The position numbers and the translations under genes are program-made. The notes under the pieces are model-generated. The model did not search any database. It was not told where the DNA came from and was given only the letters and a program-made list of their open reading frames with translations. Source: Planctomycetota bacterium (GTDB lineage Bacteria; Planctomycetota; UBA8108; SXIK01). From it: DNA of 64,000 nucleotides. The stretch is from positions 6,944,001 to 7,008,000 of the forward strand of contig OZ244999.1 in NCBI GenBank assembly GCA_965223265.1, in the 5' to 3' direction. Of the stretch, positions 20,298 to 31,385 are shown in pieces (positions within the stretch are counted from its first letter, which is position 1; each line of letters begins with the position of its first letter).

Positions 20298-20882
20298 TCA
20301 TGCCGGTGAGGCGGCCTCTTCCCGTTCTTTCTTTTGCTCCTCTGCCTCGCTGCTCGAGTTCGCTTCGCTGCCCGCGTCAGCGTTTGAGGCTTCGTCTGTG
20401 CCTGACGCCGCGGAGGTATCGCCCGCAGCCTTGGAGGGAAGTCCCTCCTGGCTTGCCGCAGATCCGAGCGGTTCTGTGGCGAAGCTAGGCAGATGCTTGC
20501 GCCAGTAAGTCGTGGCCGAAATGTAAGCGAGTGCGATCGAACCGCCGATCGTCAAAAAAGCAGCGAGCGAAGTGATGATCTCGAACAGATACCCAACGAC
20601 GGGTACGAGACTAGCGATCGCAACGCTGCGACGATCGATATGCAGGGGCAAGAACTGCTTGCCCATGATACGCAGGTTGACAAGGACTGCGACGGTCAGC
20701 GCACCAAAGAACGACAAGGTCTGGAACCAGTCGCTGAAGAGTCCGAACGCGTTCGTTCCACCGGACACCCAATGAATCACCCAACCGGCGATGACAAAGA
20801 CGGAGATCGGGGCCAGGACCTTGTCGATCACCGAAAGCCCACGAAAGTTGCTCTTGATCTCTTGCAGCTGTTGATCAGACAT
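20298..20882 (-). CDS. Hypothetical membrane protein (about 4 TM) with acidic low-complexity tail
   Basis: AGGAG RBS; hydrophobic segments; disordered C-terminus. Confidence 0.7.
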   Translation of the reverse strand: MSDQQLQEIKSNFRGLSVIDKVLAPISVFVIAGWVIHWVSGGTNAFGLFSDWFQTLSFFGALTVAVLVNLRIMGKQFLPLHIDRRSVAIASLVPVVGYLFEIITSLAAFLTIGGSIALAYISATTYWRKHLPSFATEPLGSAASQEGLPSKAAGDTSAASGTDEASNADAGSEANSSSEAEEQKKEREEAASPA

Positions 20883-21394
20883 GGACTAACTCCTGAACTT
20901 CGGCCGGCCGGTCAGCACGACGAGGTCAGCTCGCATGCGGATCCCGGCTCCATGACTCTGTGATGATCGACGCGAAAGGCTGCAGGACTTGCGGCGACCC
21001 ACCGCTCTAGCATCGCACGCCAGCGTTCGAGTCTGCGCGCAATACGCGCTCGAACAGGCTGACCTACATTCCTGCGCATTCGCCCTGCCCATCTATCGGA
21101 GCAAGAAGCCACGACGCTGCAGCGGTTTCAACGCCACGCGCTGCGGATCAAAACGACCGGTAAGCTGAAGTCCTTCTCAGCAAACTGTTGAGTGCGCAGA
21201 ATTCCCCCAGTGCCTTAAAAAAATGGCAAGGAGCACGGCGAACAGTGGGTCAGCCGCGTCGTTTCCAGACGCGGCTTCACGCGGAGCGCCACAGGTGAAC
21301 ACCGCCGACGCGGCTCAAACGTCGCTCACCTCGGACCTCTGCGGCGAGCCGCGAAGGCGCATTGCTGCCTTCGGCTCTTGTAGAGCGTAGGGGA

Positions 21395-22711
21395 CTACTC
21401 CCTCGCGGCGACGCTGGCGCAGACGAGCTCTTCGTCACTGCGCGCGAACACGTGCTTCTGTGCAAACGCGATCGACGACCAACAGACGCCGTTCCTACGA
21501 CTCGGGAGCTGTCGTTTGGTCGGCTTGATCAGCTTAGTCCGAGAAAGTTCCTCATGCCCCTCAGGCGAGAACCGGGCAATGACCAACTCCCCAAGCTCCG
21601 TGAAAAGCCAGACCACGTCGCCATTCGGATAAAACCTCATCGTGCTCCAGCGGTCGCGCGGAATCAGCTCACCCACGCTTTCCCAAACTCTCTCGCCAGT
21701 CGCCAGCGACAGGCATCGCACTTCCCCATAGCTGTCGACGCCGTAGATATGATCACCCTGGATGAGCGGCTCAGCGACATTTGTATGTATCGCATCCGTC
21801 TTCTTGTCCGACTCTCCAACTCGCCGCCACACTTCCTCGGCGACGAGGCGATCCCGGGGCACCCGCAGTACGAAGGCGCCGTCGAAAAAGCTGCTGCAGA
21901 GGAGATACTCTCCGGACCAGACTGGGGATGCGCAGTTGCGAACAAATCGCTTCGGCGGCGCGGCGTACTCCCAGAAGAGCTTGCCGTCGGCCGGGTTCAT
22001 GCCGACCACGCGGCTTCCGGTCCAGCAGACGAGCACCTTGCGTCCGGCTTGCTCGATCAGCAAGGGCGAGGAGTACGATGGTGGATCGTCGAGCGCGCGC
22101 CAGCTTTCCTTGCCAGTGACGCGATCGAAGGCAACGAGGTTGGCGCCATCCGCCCCTCCGATCTGAACAATCACAAAGTCCTCGTAGATAAGCGGTGAAC
22201 AAGTGATGCCCCAGGAAGGCATCTTGATCTTGTACTCTTCAAGCAGACGCTTCTGCCACAGCACTTCCCCGAGCTCAGCGTCAAAGCAAATAAAGTTCGC
22301 CATCGTTCCGAGTGAGTAGGCGCGACCGTCGAAAACCGTCACCGAGCTTCTCGGGCCCGCATCATAGCTGACGTCGACGTACGGGCAGTTGTAGTTGTAG
22401 CGCCACACGAGCTCTCCGTCTTCGGCACGGAAACAGTGAACTCTCTCGATCTGCTCGCGCCCATCGACGACGCGGTCGGTCACGTACACGCGCCCATCGG
22501 CCACCGTGGGTCCACCATAACCGCTAGAGATCGGCACCGACCACTTCACCTCAAGCTGACCCTCGGGTAGCGACTCAAGAACACCCGATTCACGCCAGAC
22601 ACCATCCCGCTGCGGCCCGCGCCACTGCGGCCAGTCATCCGCGACGATCTGGCGGGGTAAAAAAGAGGTGGAAGCGAGGAACAGAACGGTCGCACAAAGA
22701 ACGCGGCTCAT
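21395..22711 (-). CDS. PQQ-binding-like (BamB-type) beta-propeller protein
   Basis: Signal peptide then DDWPQWRGPQRDG, GYGGPTVADGRVYV, GPRSSVTV, SYSSPLL; start moved to ATG 22711. Confidence 0.85.
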   Translation of the reverse strand: MSRVLCATVLFLASTSFLPRQIVADDWPQWRGPQRDGVWRESGVLESLPEGQLEVKWSVPISSGYGGPTVADGRVYVTDRVVDGREQIERVHCFRAEDGELVWRYNYNCPYVDVSYDAGPRSSVTVFDGRAYSLGTMANFICFDAELGEVLWQKRLLEEYKIKMPSWGITCSPLIYEDFVIVQIGGADGANLVAFDRVTGKESWRALDDPPSYSSPLLIEQAGRKVLVCWTGSRVVGMNPADGKLFWEYAAPPKRFVRNCASPVWSGEYLLCSSFFDGAFVLRVPRDRLVAEEVWRRVGESDKKTDAIHTNVAEPLIQGDHIYGVDSYGEVRCLSLATGERVWESVGELIPRDRWSTMRFYPNGDVVWLFTELGELVIARFSPEGHEELSRTKLIKPTKRQLPSRRNGVCWSSIAFAQKHVFARSDEELVCASVAARE

Positions 22712-23067
22712 AGCAGGAATCTCCGCAGTGGTGATTTCGGTAACGTCGGCGATTTCGGCGGGTGCTGTGGTGGGGAGTGGGCGGTCCTGTAGGCAGCGCC
22801 AAGACGAATCGGAGCGCGTTGCGTGCCGCAAAAAGCAGAGCGGTGCGGGCGATTTCCGAATCCTAGCGGCCGTCTTACAGGCCAGATGATGTCGTCCGAA
22901 TAGTTTTTCAAGAGGGCGGTTAGGCGTCAGGCAGTATACAGTGTAATGGTTGCGGATGACGAGAGGGCGGCGATACCCTAACTTGCGAAAACGATCGGCG
23001 CCCCGAACGTCGCGCGTCTCATCACAAACTCGTCGGAAAGCAGAACAAGCAGCAGAGGGAGGACACC

Positions 23068-24030
23068 ATGATCAAGTCAGCGAGAGGACTTTTAGTCCTT
23101 GGCTTTCTCGCCATCTCCGCAGCGGGGGATCGCACGCATGCAGAAGATCAAAAGACGTACGCCGAGAGACTTGGCTGGAAGGCAGGCGATCGTGTTCTCG
23201 TCGTGCATGTCGATGACGTCGGAATGTCGCACGACTCGAATCTCGGAACCTTCGAAGCACTGGAGAAGGGAGCCGCGAATTCTGTCAGCGTCATGATGCC
23301 GTGTCCGTGGGTTCCGGAAGCGGTGCGCTACATTAAGAAAAATCCAGAACTTGACGCCGGACTTCATCTCACGCTCACGTCGGAGTGGGATCTCTACCGG
23401 TGGGGTCCTCTCGCGGGAAAGCCAACGGTTCCAGGCCTTACCGACAAAGAAGGTTGCCTTTGGGACAAAGCCCACCAAGTCGTCGAAAACGCCACCCCGG
23501 ATGAAGTCGAAAAGGAAATCAGAGCCCAGATCGATCGCGCGCGTACGATGGGTTTCGAACCGACGCACCTGGATTCACATATGGGAGTACTGTTTCGCTC
23601 ACCCGAATTCTTGGAACGCTACATCCGCGTCGGCATCGAGATGCAGATTCCGATTCTCTTTGTCGGCAACCGGCACGGCTTCGGCGAGCGCGTCTGGAAC
23701 GGCGGCCTACCCGTGTTCGATCACATCCACACCGACAGCTACGCCTGGAAGTCGCGCCACAAGGTGGACAAGTTCGTCGACGCCGTCCGGAACCTCAAAC
23801 CCGGTCTGACGATGATGCTCGTTCACTGCACACGGCCCACCGAGGTGTTCCCAAAGATCTCGAGCTCGGGCGAGCTACGGCTGGGAGATCTGCTTGCCGT
23901 TACGGATCCGGCTTTCAAGAAGGCTATAGAGGACGAAAAGATCATCCTCACGACCTATCGAGAGCTCAAGAAGCGCCGTGACGCAGTCGGTCGCGCTGAG
24001 GCGAGCAAGGCTCAGGCTGGAACTGACTAG
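23068..24030 (+). CDS. ChbG/YdjC family carbohydrate deacetylase, secreted
   Basis: HVDDVGM, GLHLTLTSEW, PTHLDSHMG motifs; signal peptide. Confidence 0.85.
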   Translation: MIKSARGLLVLGFLAISAAGDRTHAEDQKTYAERLGWKAGDRVLVVHVDDVGMSHDSNLGTFEALEKGAANSVSVMMPCPWVPEAVRYIKKNPELDAGLHLTLTSEWDLYRWGPLAGKPTVPGLTDKEGCLWDKAHQVVENATPDEVEKEIRAQIDRARTMGFEPTHLDSHMGVLFRSPEFLERYIRVGIEMQIPILFVGNRHGFGERVWNGGLPVFDHIHTDSYAWKSRHKVDKFVDAVRNLKPGLTMMLVHCTRPTEVFPKISSSGELRLGDLLAVTDPAFKKAIEDEKIILTTYRELKKRRDAVGRAEASKAQAGTD

Positions 24031-24268
24031 ACGTTGATTCAGAAAGCCTCGATGCGCCAATCATTAGATCGGTTCCAAGTTTCCAGATTCTGGACAGGAA
24101 GAATAAGGCTCGGAAGGAAGAAACTCGCCCACTTTGGCACCCTGGCCGGCTGACGACAACGCACAGCGTGGAAAGAGATTATGCCGGTGACGCAATGGCC
24201 GGCTCAAAACTTGCTGCTCCATAAGGTGCCGATCTGTTGTTCTTTCTTCATTCCTTTCGAGATGAACC

Positions 24269-25774
24269 ATGAGAATCGTACGAGCTCTTGTCGCTGTCTC
24301 ACTTGCTTCCATCGTCGCCGTCGGCTGTAGCAGCGGCGGCTCCAGTGGCGACGCAGCACCAGGTTCAGTCGCGGTACTCATCGGCGACGGACCGGCGGAG
24401 GATTTCGCCGAGATCTGGCTAACCGTGCACGAAATCACGCTCATTCCTGGAGACGTCGTGCTCTTTGAATCGACCGAGGGTGAGCAGTTCGATTTGCTGC
24501 AGCTACGCGACGAGGATCTCCTCCTGACCGTCCGCGACGACATTCCGGCGCGACGCTATAACAAGATCCGCCTCCGCGTTTCCGACGTTCAGGCGGTACC
24601 CAAGGATGGGATCACGGCCGTCTGCAGCGATTTGGAGATCAAGCTCCCGAGCGGCCGCATCGACTTGAATCCTAGAGGCGGGCTCGACGTCGCTCCCGGC
24701 GACACGGTCACCCTGCGACTTGACATCGACGCCAACAAATCGATCGGGCTTCACGCGGCTGGTGCCTCGGGCAAGTGCATCTTCCGCCCGGTCGTCTTCG
24801 TCGACATCGACCCGATTCGTTGTCTCCGCGCCGTCACCGGCACGATCTTCGAGAGCGACCTCGCGACGTCGTTTCGGCTCGATCTCGGAGCCGAACGCGA
24901 CGCAGTGGATGTTAGCGTCGACGCCGATACGACGATCTTTGATGCTGCCGGCGCTGTCGTCGGTCCGGATGCGCTGACGGACGGATTGGAGGCGACAGTG
25001 CGCGGTCGGCTGGCGGCGGACGGCGTCGTCGAGGCCGATCTGATCGTCCTCGGCGACGTGCTCGCCAGCTCCGGCATCGTCTCGGTGGAGGTCAGCGGTG
25101 GGGCGTTCACAATCGACCAAGACGGTACTAGTCTCGAAGTACAGCTCAGCGACGACACGTTGATCGTGCTCGGATGCGACGAAATACTTGACCCAAGCGC
25201 GATCGCAGAAGGCATGCGTGCCCGCGTTCTCCATCAGGATCCTGCGGACGACGGCTCAGTCGACGCGCTTGCGGTGTTTCTCAAACCCGCGGAAGTGGAG
25301 GGAGATTTCGTCGGCCTGTCGGAGATCGACGGCGCCATGTCAATCACCCTCCAACCACCCGTGGGCGACCCCATGAACCTCATGCTGCCTGCGGGAGAAG
25401 GATTCAAGGCCGAAGGAGTCGGCCCCATTGATCCCGCGCTACTGCACGAGCTCGTCGCTTGCGGACCGCAGACGATCCACTTGGCCGTCGACCCGCACGA
25501 CGCGGGTTTGGTCGCCGACGCGCGCCTCACAACCCACGCCATGGAGAGTGTCATCGACGACATCGATTTCGAGAGTTCCACGCTCTTCTTAGACGACAAG
25601 GTGATCGCCATGACGCCGCAAGTGATCGTTGTGGACACGTCTTCCACCGACGATCGACTCCTCTCCCTGGCGGATCTGGCCATCGGGAATAGCGTCCGCC
25701 TGTTTGGATTGAATGCGTGCGACGACGACGAAGTGGATGTTTTCGCGGTCGTCGTCATCGTCTTGGCCGAGTGA
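24269..25774 (+). CDS. Lipoprotein with DUF4382-like and DUF5666-like domains
   Basis: Lipobox AVGC; LIGDGP, FDLLQL, YNKIRL, KLPSG, FRPVV (DUF4382 style); repeated V.VD..T beta modules. Confidence 0.65.
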   Translation: MRIVRALVAVSLASIVAVGCSSGGSSGDAAPGSVAVLIGDGPAEDFAEIWLTVHEITLIPGDVVLFESTEGEQFDLLQLRDEDLLLTVRDDIPARRYNKIRLRVSDVQAVPKDGITAVCSDLEIKLPSGRIDLNPRGGLDVAPGDTVTLRLDIDANKSIGLHAAGASGKCIFRPVVFVDIDPIRCLRAVTGTIFESDLATSFRLDLGAERDAVDVSVDADTTIFDAAGAVVGPDALTDGLEATVRGRLAADGVVEADLIVLGDVLASSGIVSVEVSGGAFTIDQDGTSLEVQLSDDTLIVLGCDEILDPSAIAEGMRARVLHQDPADDGSVDALAVFLKPAEVEGDFVGLSEIDGAMSITLQPPVGDPMNLMLPAGEGFKAEGVGPIDPALLHELVACGPQTIHLAVDPHDAGLVADARLTTHAMESVIDDIDFESSTLFLDDKVIAMTPQVIVVDTSSTDDRLLSLADLAIGNSVRLFGLNACDDDEVDVFAVVVIVLAE

Positions 25775-26228
25775 GACCAACAAACGACTCCTGAAACGCG
25801 CGACACGCTATCGAGGCGCAGCGAAGCGTGCCGGTGTCGGCCTCCCCGTCAACTCATCCTGGCTAGCTGTGGGGATTGCTGTGCCTCCATTGTGCACGTC
25901 GGAGTCCGTGCGAAGATAGCCATCTGTTCGCCCCACGGCACGCGACCGCACTTGCGTCTCACCAGTGCGTAGTTCCGGCTAGAAGTGAGACGCTTGAGCT
26001 CCCGAAGTCGAGCGACGTCCGAATAGACGAGCCCGAAAGAATCTCTCCGGTCGACCCAAAGCGCCAAAAAGAGGGGAAAGTCGATTTCCTTCGCAAGGCG
26101 CACCGATTCGACAGACCTGCACTGACCACCCTTCGGCGAAAGAGTCGCAGTAGAAACTCGCGCGAAATGAGGGTTAACTGGATCGTTCCCGGCAGCCTCG
26201 ATCATCCTCCTCCATGCCCAGGGACACC

Positions 26229-29200
26229 ATGCGATCCACTTCATCTCGCGCGCTTGCGCCTTTCGTCGCACTCTTTCTATCGATCACCATCGTCGCCGGT
26301 GACGGCAACAGGCTCACGTATCTCGACGGCAGCGACCCGTTCTACGTCGGTCTCGACTTTCCACGTCTGACGACAGCTCAGTGGGTCGGCGAGTCGAACG
26401 TCGATGCGGTGGTCGTGCTGGCAATTGACGACATGCGCTCGTACGAGAAGTACGAGGAATACTTGCGGCCGATTCTCGAGCGTCTCAAAGAGCTCACGGG
26501 CAGTGCGCCCGTCAGCATCATGACGAATCGAGTCGACCCGACGACTCCGCACTTCCAGCGCTGGCTCGCTGAAGGTGTAACGATCGAGTGCCACACCCTC
26601 GATCACCCGTGCCCTATTCTCAAGGATGGCGACTTCGCCCGAGCCAAGGCAACGTACGACGGCAGCGTGGATCAGCTCTTCTCGGTCGCCGGCAACCACC
26701 CCGTGGCGTTTCGTGTGCCGTGTATGGATTCGATCAACTCGCCGAGCCCGCGCTTTTACACAGAAATCTTCAATCAGACCACGGCGGCTGGCAACTTCCT
26801 GCGCCTCGACAGCTCGGTTTGCAATCTCACAACAGCAGCCGACCCAGAGCTCCCACGCCAGCTCGTTTTCGACGACGCCGGCAACCATCGCTTCGAGAGC
26901 TACATCCCGTTTCCGTCGTTCGTCAACATCGTCGAGAACTACCCCTACCCGTTCGTGATTGATCGCAAATGCTGGCAGTTCCCTTGCGTCATTCCAAGCG
27001 ACTGGGAAGGCCAGAACAGGTCGGGCAACCAGAGCCCGACGACTGTCGAAACTTTGAAAGCGCAGCTCGACGTCGCCGTCATCAAAAAGGGCACCTTCAC
27101 CCTCGTTTTTCATCCTTATGAGTGGATAAAGAACTCTCAGATTGTCGAGCTAATCGATCACGCGGCGTCGAACCACGGCGACAGCGTGCGCTTTCTCAAC
27201 TTTCGCAGTGCCTGGAATCGCCTCCGCGACAACCTCCTTGGTGGCGTGCCGCTGAGGGCAGACGACGGCGGCGACAATGGTGTTCGCGTTCTTGACGTCG
27301 ATGCCGATGGGTACGTCGATGTCGTCATCGGAAACGGTTCGGTCCGGCAGACGCGCCTCTGGTCGCCGGAGACGCAGTCCTGGACGACGGGGACGTTCCC
27401 GCTTGTCCTCAGCGAGCTTAAGAAGGGTGAGCGAGTCGACGGCGGAGCGCGTTTCGGCATCCTCCAACCGTCGGGGCACGCCAGCGTCGTCGTCAGCAAC
27501 GAACAGACGCGCGGCGCGTGGCACTTCAATGGCACGGGCTGGCAAGAAGACACCGGGTTTTTCCGTGGTTTCTCCATCGACGGCGAGCCCGTTCACACGA
27601 GTTGGCAGGGACGCGATCTCGGTGTTCGCCTTCGTGATATAGACGCCGACGGTATCTGTGAAATCCTCGTCAGCAACCCCTCGAGGCAGGCGATCTTCAA
27701 GCGCTCACCTGACGGTACGATGTGGGAACGCCTGCCGTTCACGCTACCTCCAGCGACGCAGTTCGTGGATACCGCCGGCGGGGATGGCGGCCTTCGATTC
27801 GCCGACTTCAACGAAGATGGTCGCGACGATGTCATCTTTGCGAATGAGGCGCAGTACTCTCTGCATCTTTTCGAATCACATGAGACGGGATGGAGCATCG
27901 AGGTTCTCAACGAGCAGCGCCGCGATCACACCGTCGGCGATGTCGACATTCCACCGATCAGTCGCGGTGGCCGCAATGCTGGGGCATGGTTTCGGTCTCG
28001 CCACCTATGGGTGCAGAACGAGTTCACGTCTGATCTGCCGAACCATGTCGAACGACGCAGCTACAACGACCTGCTGCGAACGCTGACACCGCAGCCACTT
28101 GAGCCGCAGGAGGCTCTGTCTGCTTTCCATATCCACGACGGCTTCCGCATCGAGCTCATGGCGTCCGAACCTCTCGTCCGTGACCCAGTTTCATTCGATT
28201 GGGACACCAACGGCAACCTGCTGGTGGTAGAGATGCACGACTACCCCGAAGGTACCGACGGCGAAGGCAAAGCCGGTGGGCGGATCGTCGTCTTGCGAGA
28301 CACTGACGGTGATGAAGTTCTCGACACGTCGAGTGTCTTCGTCGATGGACTCTCATTTCCTACGGGAGCCCGTCCCTGGCGCGATGGAGTGCTCGTTACG
28401 ACAGTTCCCGACATCGTGTTTGCGGTGGACCGCAGCGGCGACGGCAAGGCGGATGTCGTTGAGACTCTCTACACCGGTTTCGGACATGGGAACGAACAGC
28501 ACCTCGTCAATGGTTTCGCTTGGGGGCTCGACAACTGGCTTTACTGTGCGAACGGCGACTCAAGCGGGATCGTGCGCTCGAAGCGCACCGGCAAGGAAAT
28601 CGACATTCGCGGCCACGACTTCCGTATTCGCCCCGACGAGGGCCTTCTCGAGCTGGTCGCAGGGCAAACGCAGTTCGGTCGCACTCGGAACGACTGGGGC
28701 GATTGGTTCGGATCTAACAATCCGAACCCAATCTTTCATTTCGCACTCGAGAGCCGATTCCTACGCCGCAATCCAATGTTCTCGAGAAGTCGATCGCGTC
28801 ATGTTCTCTATCCGCGTCTGAGTCGGGTCTATCCCACGAGTCGCACTCTGCCACGCGTCAACATGCCACACGAGGCGAATCGTTTTACGTCGTGCTGTGG
28901 ACTGACGCTTCGTCGCGACGATGCGTTCGGACCGCAATTTGAAAACAGCGCGTTCGTCAGCGAACCGGCGCACAATCTGGTGCACCGCATCGAGCTGGAA
29001 CCGCAAGGCGCGACGTTTCGCGGTGGTCGACCGACGGGTGACCAAGGCAGAGAGTTCCTCGCGTCGTCCGACAATTGGTTTCGGCCAACGAAGCTGCGTT
29101 ACGGTCCAGATGGAGCCCTCTGGATCGCCGACATGTACCGCGAGGTCATCGAACACCCTCAGTACTTCTATATCGAAGGATTTGAGGATGTAAACGCACG

Positions 29201-31352
29201 AGCTGGCGAGGATCTCGGACGACTCTACCGAATCGTGCCGGTGAACTATGAGCCCCGGCCGATTCCGACGCTTGGATCGATGAATGCTCACGAACTCGCC
29301 GCACAGCTCGGATCGCCAAGCGGGTGGGTGCGCGACATGGCACACCAGCTTCTCGTCGAACAGCAGGCTACGGAGGTCACCGAGCATCTTCGAGAGCGGG
29401 TCGGCAACTCTTCGAACCCTCGCGAGCGGCTGCACGCTTTGTGCGTGCTCGACGGTATCGGAAAACTCGACGTCAAGCTCGTGAAGATCGCTCTCGATGA
29501 TTCCCATCCGGCCGTGCGCCGGCATGCAGTGCGTCTGGCTGAAAAAGCGATAGAGTCCACGGAAGCCCTGGGCGCCGCCCTGCTCGCCAAACTGAGCGAC
29601 CCTGATCCACACGTGCAACTGCAGGCAATCTACCGCCTCGGCGACTGGAATTCCCCAAAAGCCGGCACCGCTCTCGCGGCGCTCTTTGTTCGCCACTCGG
29701 ACGATGAGTTCCTCGCCAGCGCCATTGAAAGCTCTGCTTCGACACACCTCGAGCCAATGCTCGCTGCGGCACTGCAGGAGACGACGAACGATGCACTCCG
29801 GGAACGGTTTTTGCCCATGGCGCTGCGCTTGAGCGACGATCGCCCCGATTTGAGTCAAAAGATTATCGAGCATCTAACCGAGCCGGGTGCCGCCGGATTC
29901 TCCGCGTGGCAGTATCGCGGCGCCGGGCAGGCCGCCAAGGACCTTGCCGATCAGCTCGAACGCGGCGCAGAGCTCTCGCAGCAAGCACGACGGCGACTCA
30001 ACGCGATGTACGAGCGAGGCCTCGACGTCGCGCGGCAAACGGAAGCGCCGGAAGAACTGCGCCAGGCGGCGCTCAGCTTCGTCGGGCGGGGCGCGCGACT
30101 GCGACGCCAGCAGGACAGTGGGGAAGAACTGGCGGCGGCCGACCTCAATGCACTCTCAGAGATGGTGAATCCACAGACCCCCCCGGCGATCCAACGGGCG
30201 GTGATCGAGAGCCTCGGGGAGTTCACCGACGTTCAAGCCACTGCAACACTGCTCCGTGGGTGGCGACGCTACACGCCTCAGTTGAAGCGCCAGGTCGGTG
30301 GAATCCTGCTGCGACGTGCAGAATGGGCCGAGCGCTTTTTGGACGCCATCGACGCCGACGAAGTCAAAGTTCAGGAGATCGACGCAGTGCAGCGTCGCTG
30401 GATGATGCGCTACGATAACGAGACGATCCGAACACGCGCTAAAAAATTGTTCGTTAGCACGGCGTCGGCGGATCGACAAAAGGTTGTCGATCGCTTCAAA
30501 AACGCCGACGTCGCCGCGGCTTCTCGGGAACGTGGCCTAGTCGTCTTCGACACGAAGTGCTCGCCGTGTCACAACCTCGCAGGTCGTGGCCACAGCGTCG
30601 GGCCCGATCTTGCCCTTCTCACAGACCGATCGACGCCAGCGCTGCTTGTCGCCATTTTCGACCCCAATCGCGGCGTGGAGGAGAAGTACACGCAGTACAA
30701 CCTCGTGACGCGCGACGGCCGTGTTTGGTCTGGGATCTTCGCGGATGAGAGCGGCGGTGCGATCACTCTTCTGGGTCAGGATCGGCAGCGGTTCGAGGTT
30801 GCCAGGAGCGACATCGTCAGTGCCGAGAGCGCTGGGATTTCCCTCATGCCGGAAGGACTCGAAGAGGGGTTGAGCGACGAAGACGTGGCAGATCTCCTGG
30901 CCTTCATTCAACGCCCACCGCCAGCGCCCAAGGTGCTTTCCGGCAACCGGCCACGCGTTCTGATCAGCGACCGGGTCGGCCCGATCGCGCTCGAAGCTGA
31001 GACGGCTGAGCTCTACGGCCCCACGCTGCGTTTCAGCGCCAGAAAAAAGAGCATCAACCGATGGCGTTCCGACAAGGACCATGCGCTCTGGCGCATCCGT
31101 TCGACCGCTGCGGCGAAATACGACGTCCTCATCGATGCCGTCGGTGCGGGTGACTTCACGATCTCTTCCAATACCGAACAAGCGCTGCAGCTGAGTGTCT
31201 CTGCGGCCGATGCGGAGACCACCAAGTCTCGCCCAGCCGGAACACTAAAGCTCTCCGCCGGAGTCACAGTGATCACTTTGCACGCCGATGCGCCGTCAAC
31301 GAAAAACGAGTTGCACGTGCGTCGGATTTCCCTCGTGCCGGCAACAGAATAG
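26229..31352 (+). CDS. PVC-type haem-binding CxxCH protein fused to a polysaccharide deacetylase-like domain and FG-GAP repeats
   Basis: IDD/HTLDHP/FHP deacetylase-like motifs; DVDADG, DIDADG and DFNEDG repeats; GFRIELMASEPLVRDPV..VVEMHDYP propeller; HEAT repeats; KCSPCH, VGPDL, AIFDPN, SLMPEGL. Confidence 0.85.
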   Translation: MRSTSSRALAPFVALFLSITIVAGDGNRLTYLDGSDPFYVGLDFPRLTTAQWVGESNVDAVVVLAIDDMRSYEKYEEYLRPILERLKELTGSAPVSIMTNRVDPTTPHFQRWLAEGVTIECHTLDHPCPILKDGDFARAKATYDGSVDQLFSVAGNHPVAFRVPCMDSINSPSPRFYTEIFNQTTAAGNFLRLDSSVCNLTTAADPELPRQLVFDDAGNHRFESYIPFPSFVNIVENYPYPFVIDRKCWQFPCVIPSDWEGQNRSGNQSPTTVETLKAQLDVAVIKKGTFTLVFHPYEWIKNSQIVELIDHAASNHGDSVRFLNFRSAWNRLRDNLLGGVPLRADDGGDNGVRVLDVDADGYVDVVIGNGSVRQTRLWSPETQSWTTGTFPLVLSELKKGERVDGGARFGILQPSGHASVVVSNEQTRGAWHFNGTGWQEDTGFFRGFSIDGEPVHTSWQGRDLGVRLRDIDADGICEILVSNPSRQAIFKRSPDGTMWERLPFTLPPATQFVDTAGGDGGLRFADFNEDGRDDVIFANEAQYSLHLFESHETGWSIEVLNEQRRDHTVGDVDIPPISRGGRNAGAWFRSRHLWVQNEFTSDLPNHVERRSYNDLLRTLTPQPLEPQEALSAFHIHDGFRIELMASEPLVRDPVSFDWDTNGNLLVVEMHDYPEGTDGEGKAGGRIVVLRDTDGDEVLDTSSVFVDGLSFPTGARPWRDGVLVTTVPDIVFAVDRSGDGKADVVETLYTGFGHGNEQHLVNGFAWGLDNWLYCANGDSSGIVRSKRTGKEIDIRGHDFRIRPDEGLLELVAGQTQFGRTRNDWGDWFGSNNPNPIFHFALESRFLRRNPMFSRSRSRHVLYPRLSRVYPTSRTLPRVNMPHEANRFTSCCGLTLRRDDAFGPQFENSAFVSEPAHNLVHRIELEPQGATFRGGRPTGDQGREFLASSDNWFRPTKLRYGPDGALWIADMYREVIEHPQYFYIEGFEDVNARAGEDLGRLYRIVPVNYEPRPIPTLGSMNAHELAAQLGSPSGWVRDMAHQLLVEQQATEVTEHLRERVGNSSNPRERLHALCVLDGIGKLDVKLVKIALDDSHPAVRRHAVRLAEKAIESTEALGAALLAKLSDPDPHVQLQAIYRLGDWNSPKAGTALAALFVRHSDDEFLASAIESSASTHLEPMLAAALQETTNDALRERFLPMALRLSDDRPDLSQKIIEHLTEPGAAGFSAWQYRGAGQAAKDLADQLERGAELSQQARRRLNAMYERGLDVARQTEAPEELRQAALSFVGRGARLRRQQDSGEELAAADLNALSEMVNPQTPPAIQRAVIESLGEFTDVQATATLLRGWRRYTPQLKRQVGGILLRRAEWAERFLDAIDADEVKVQEIDAVQRRWMMRYDNETIRTRAKKLFVSTASADRQKVVDRFKNADVAAASRERGLVVFDTKCSPCHNLAGRGHSVGPDLALLTDRSTPALLVAIFDPNRGVEEKYTQYNLVTRDGRVWSGIFADESGGAITLLGQDRQRFEVARSDIVSAESAGISLMPEGLEEGLSDEDVADLLAFIQRPPPAPKVLSGNRPRVLISDRVGPIALEAETAELYGPTLRFSARKKSINRWRSDKDHALWRIRSTAAAKYDVLIDAVGAGDFTISSNTEQALQLSVSAADAETTKSRPAGTLKLSAGVTVITLHADAPSTKNELHVRRISLVPATE

Positions 31353-31385
31353 CCCGACTGCTCGGGAGGAGCGCGGCGGGCAATT

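Noticed and set aside
25849-26370. Short ORFs between the DUF4382 lipoprotein and the PVC protein
   Set aside because: No RBS or motif, and they overlap the PVC gene start; treated as intergenic.
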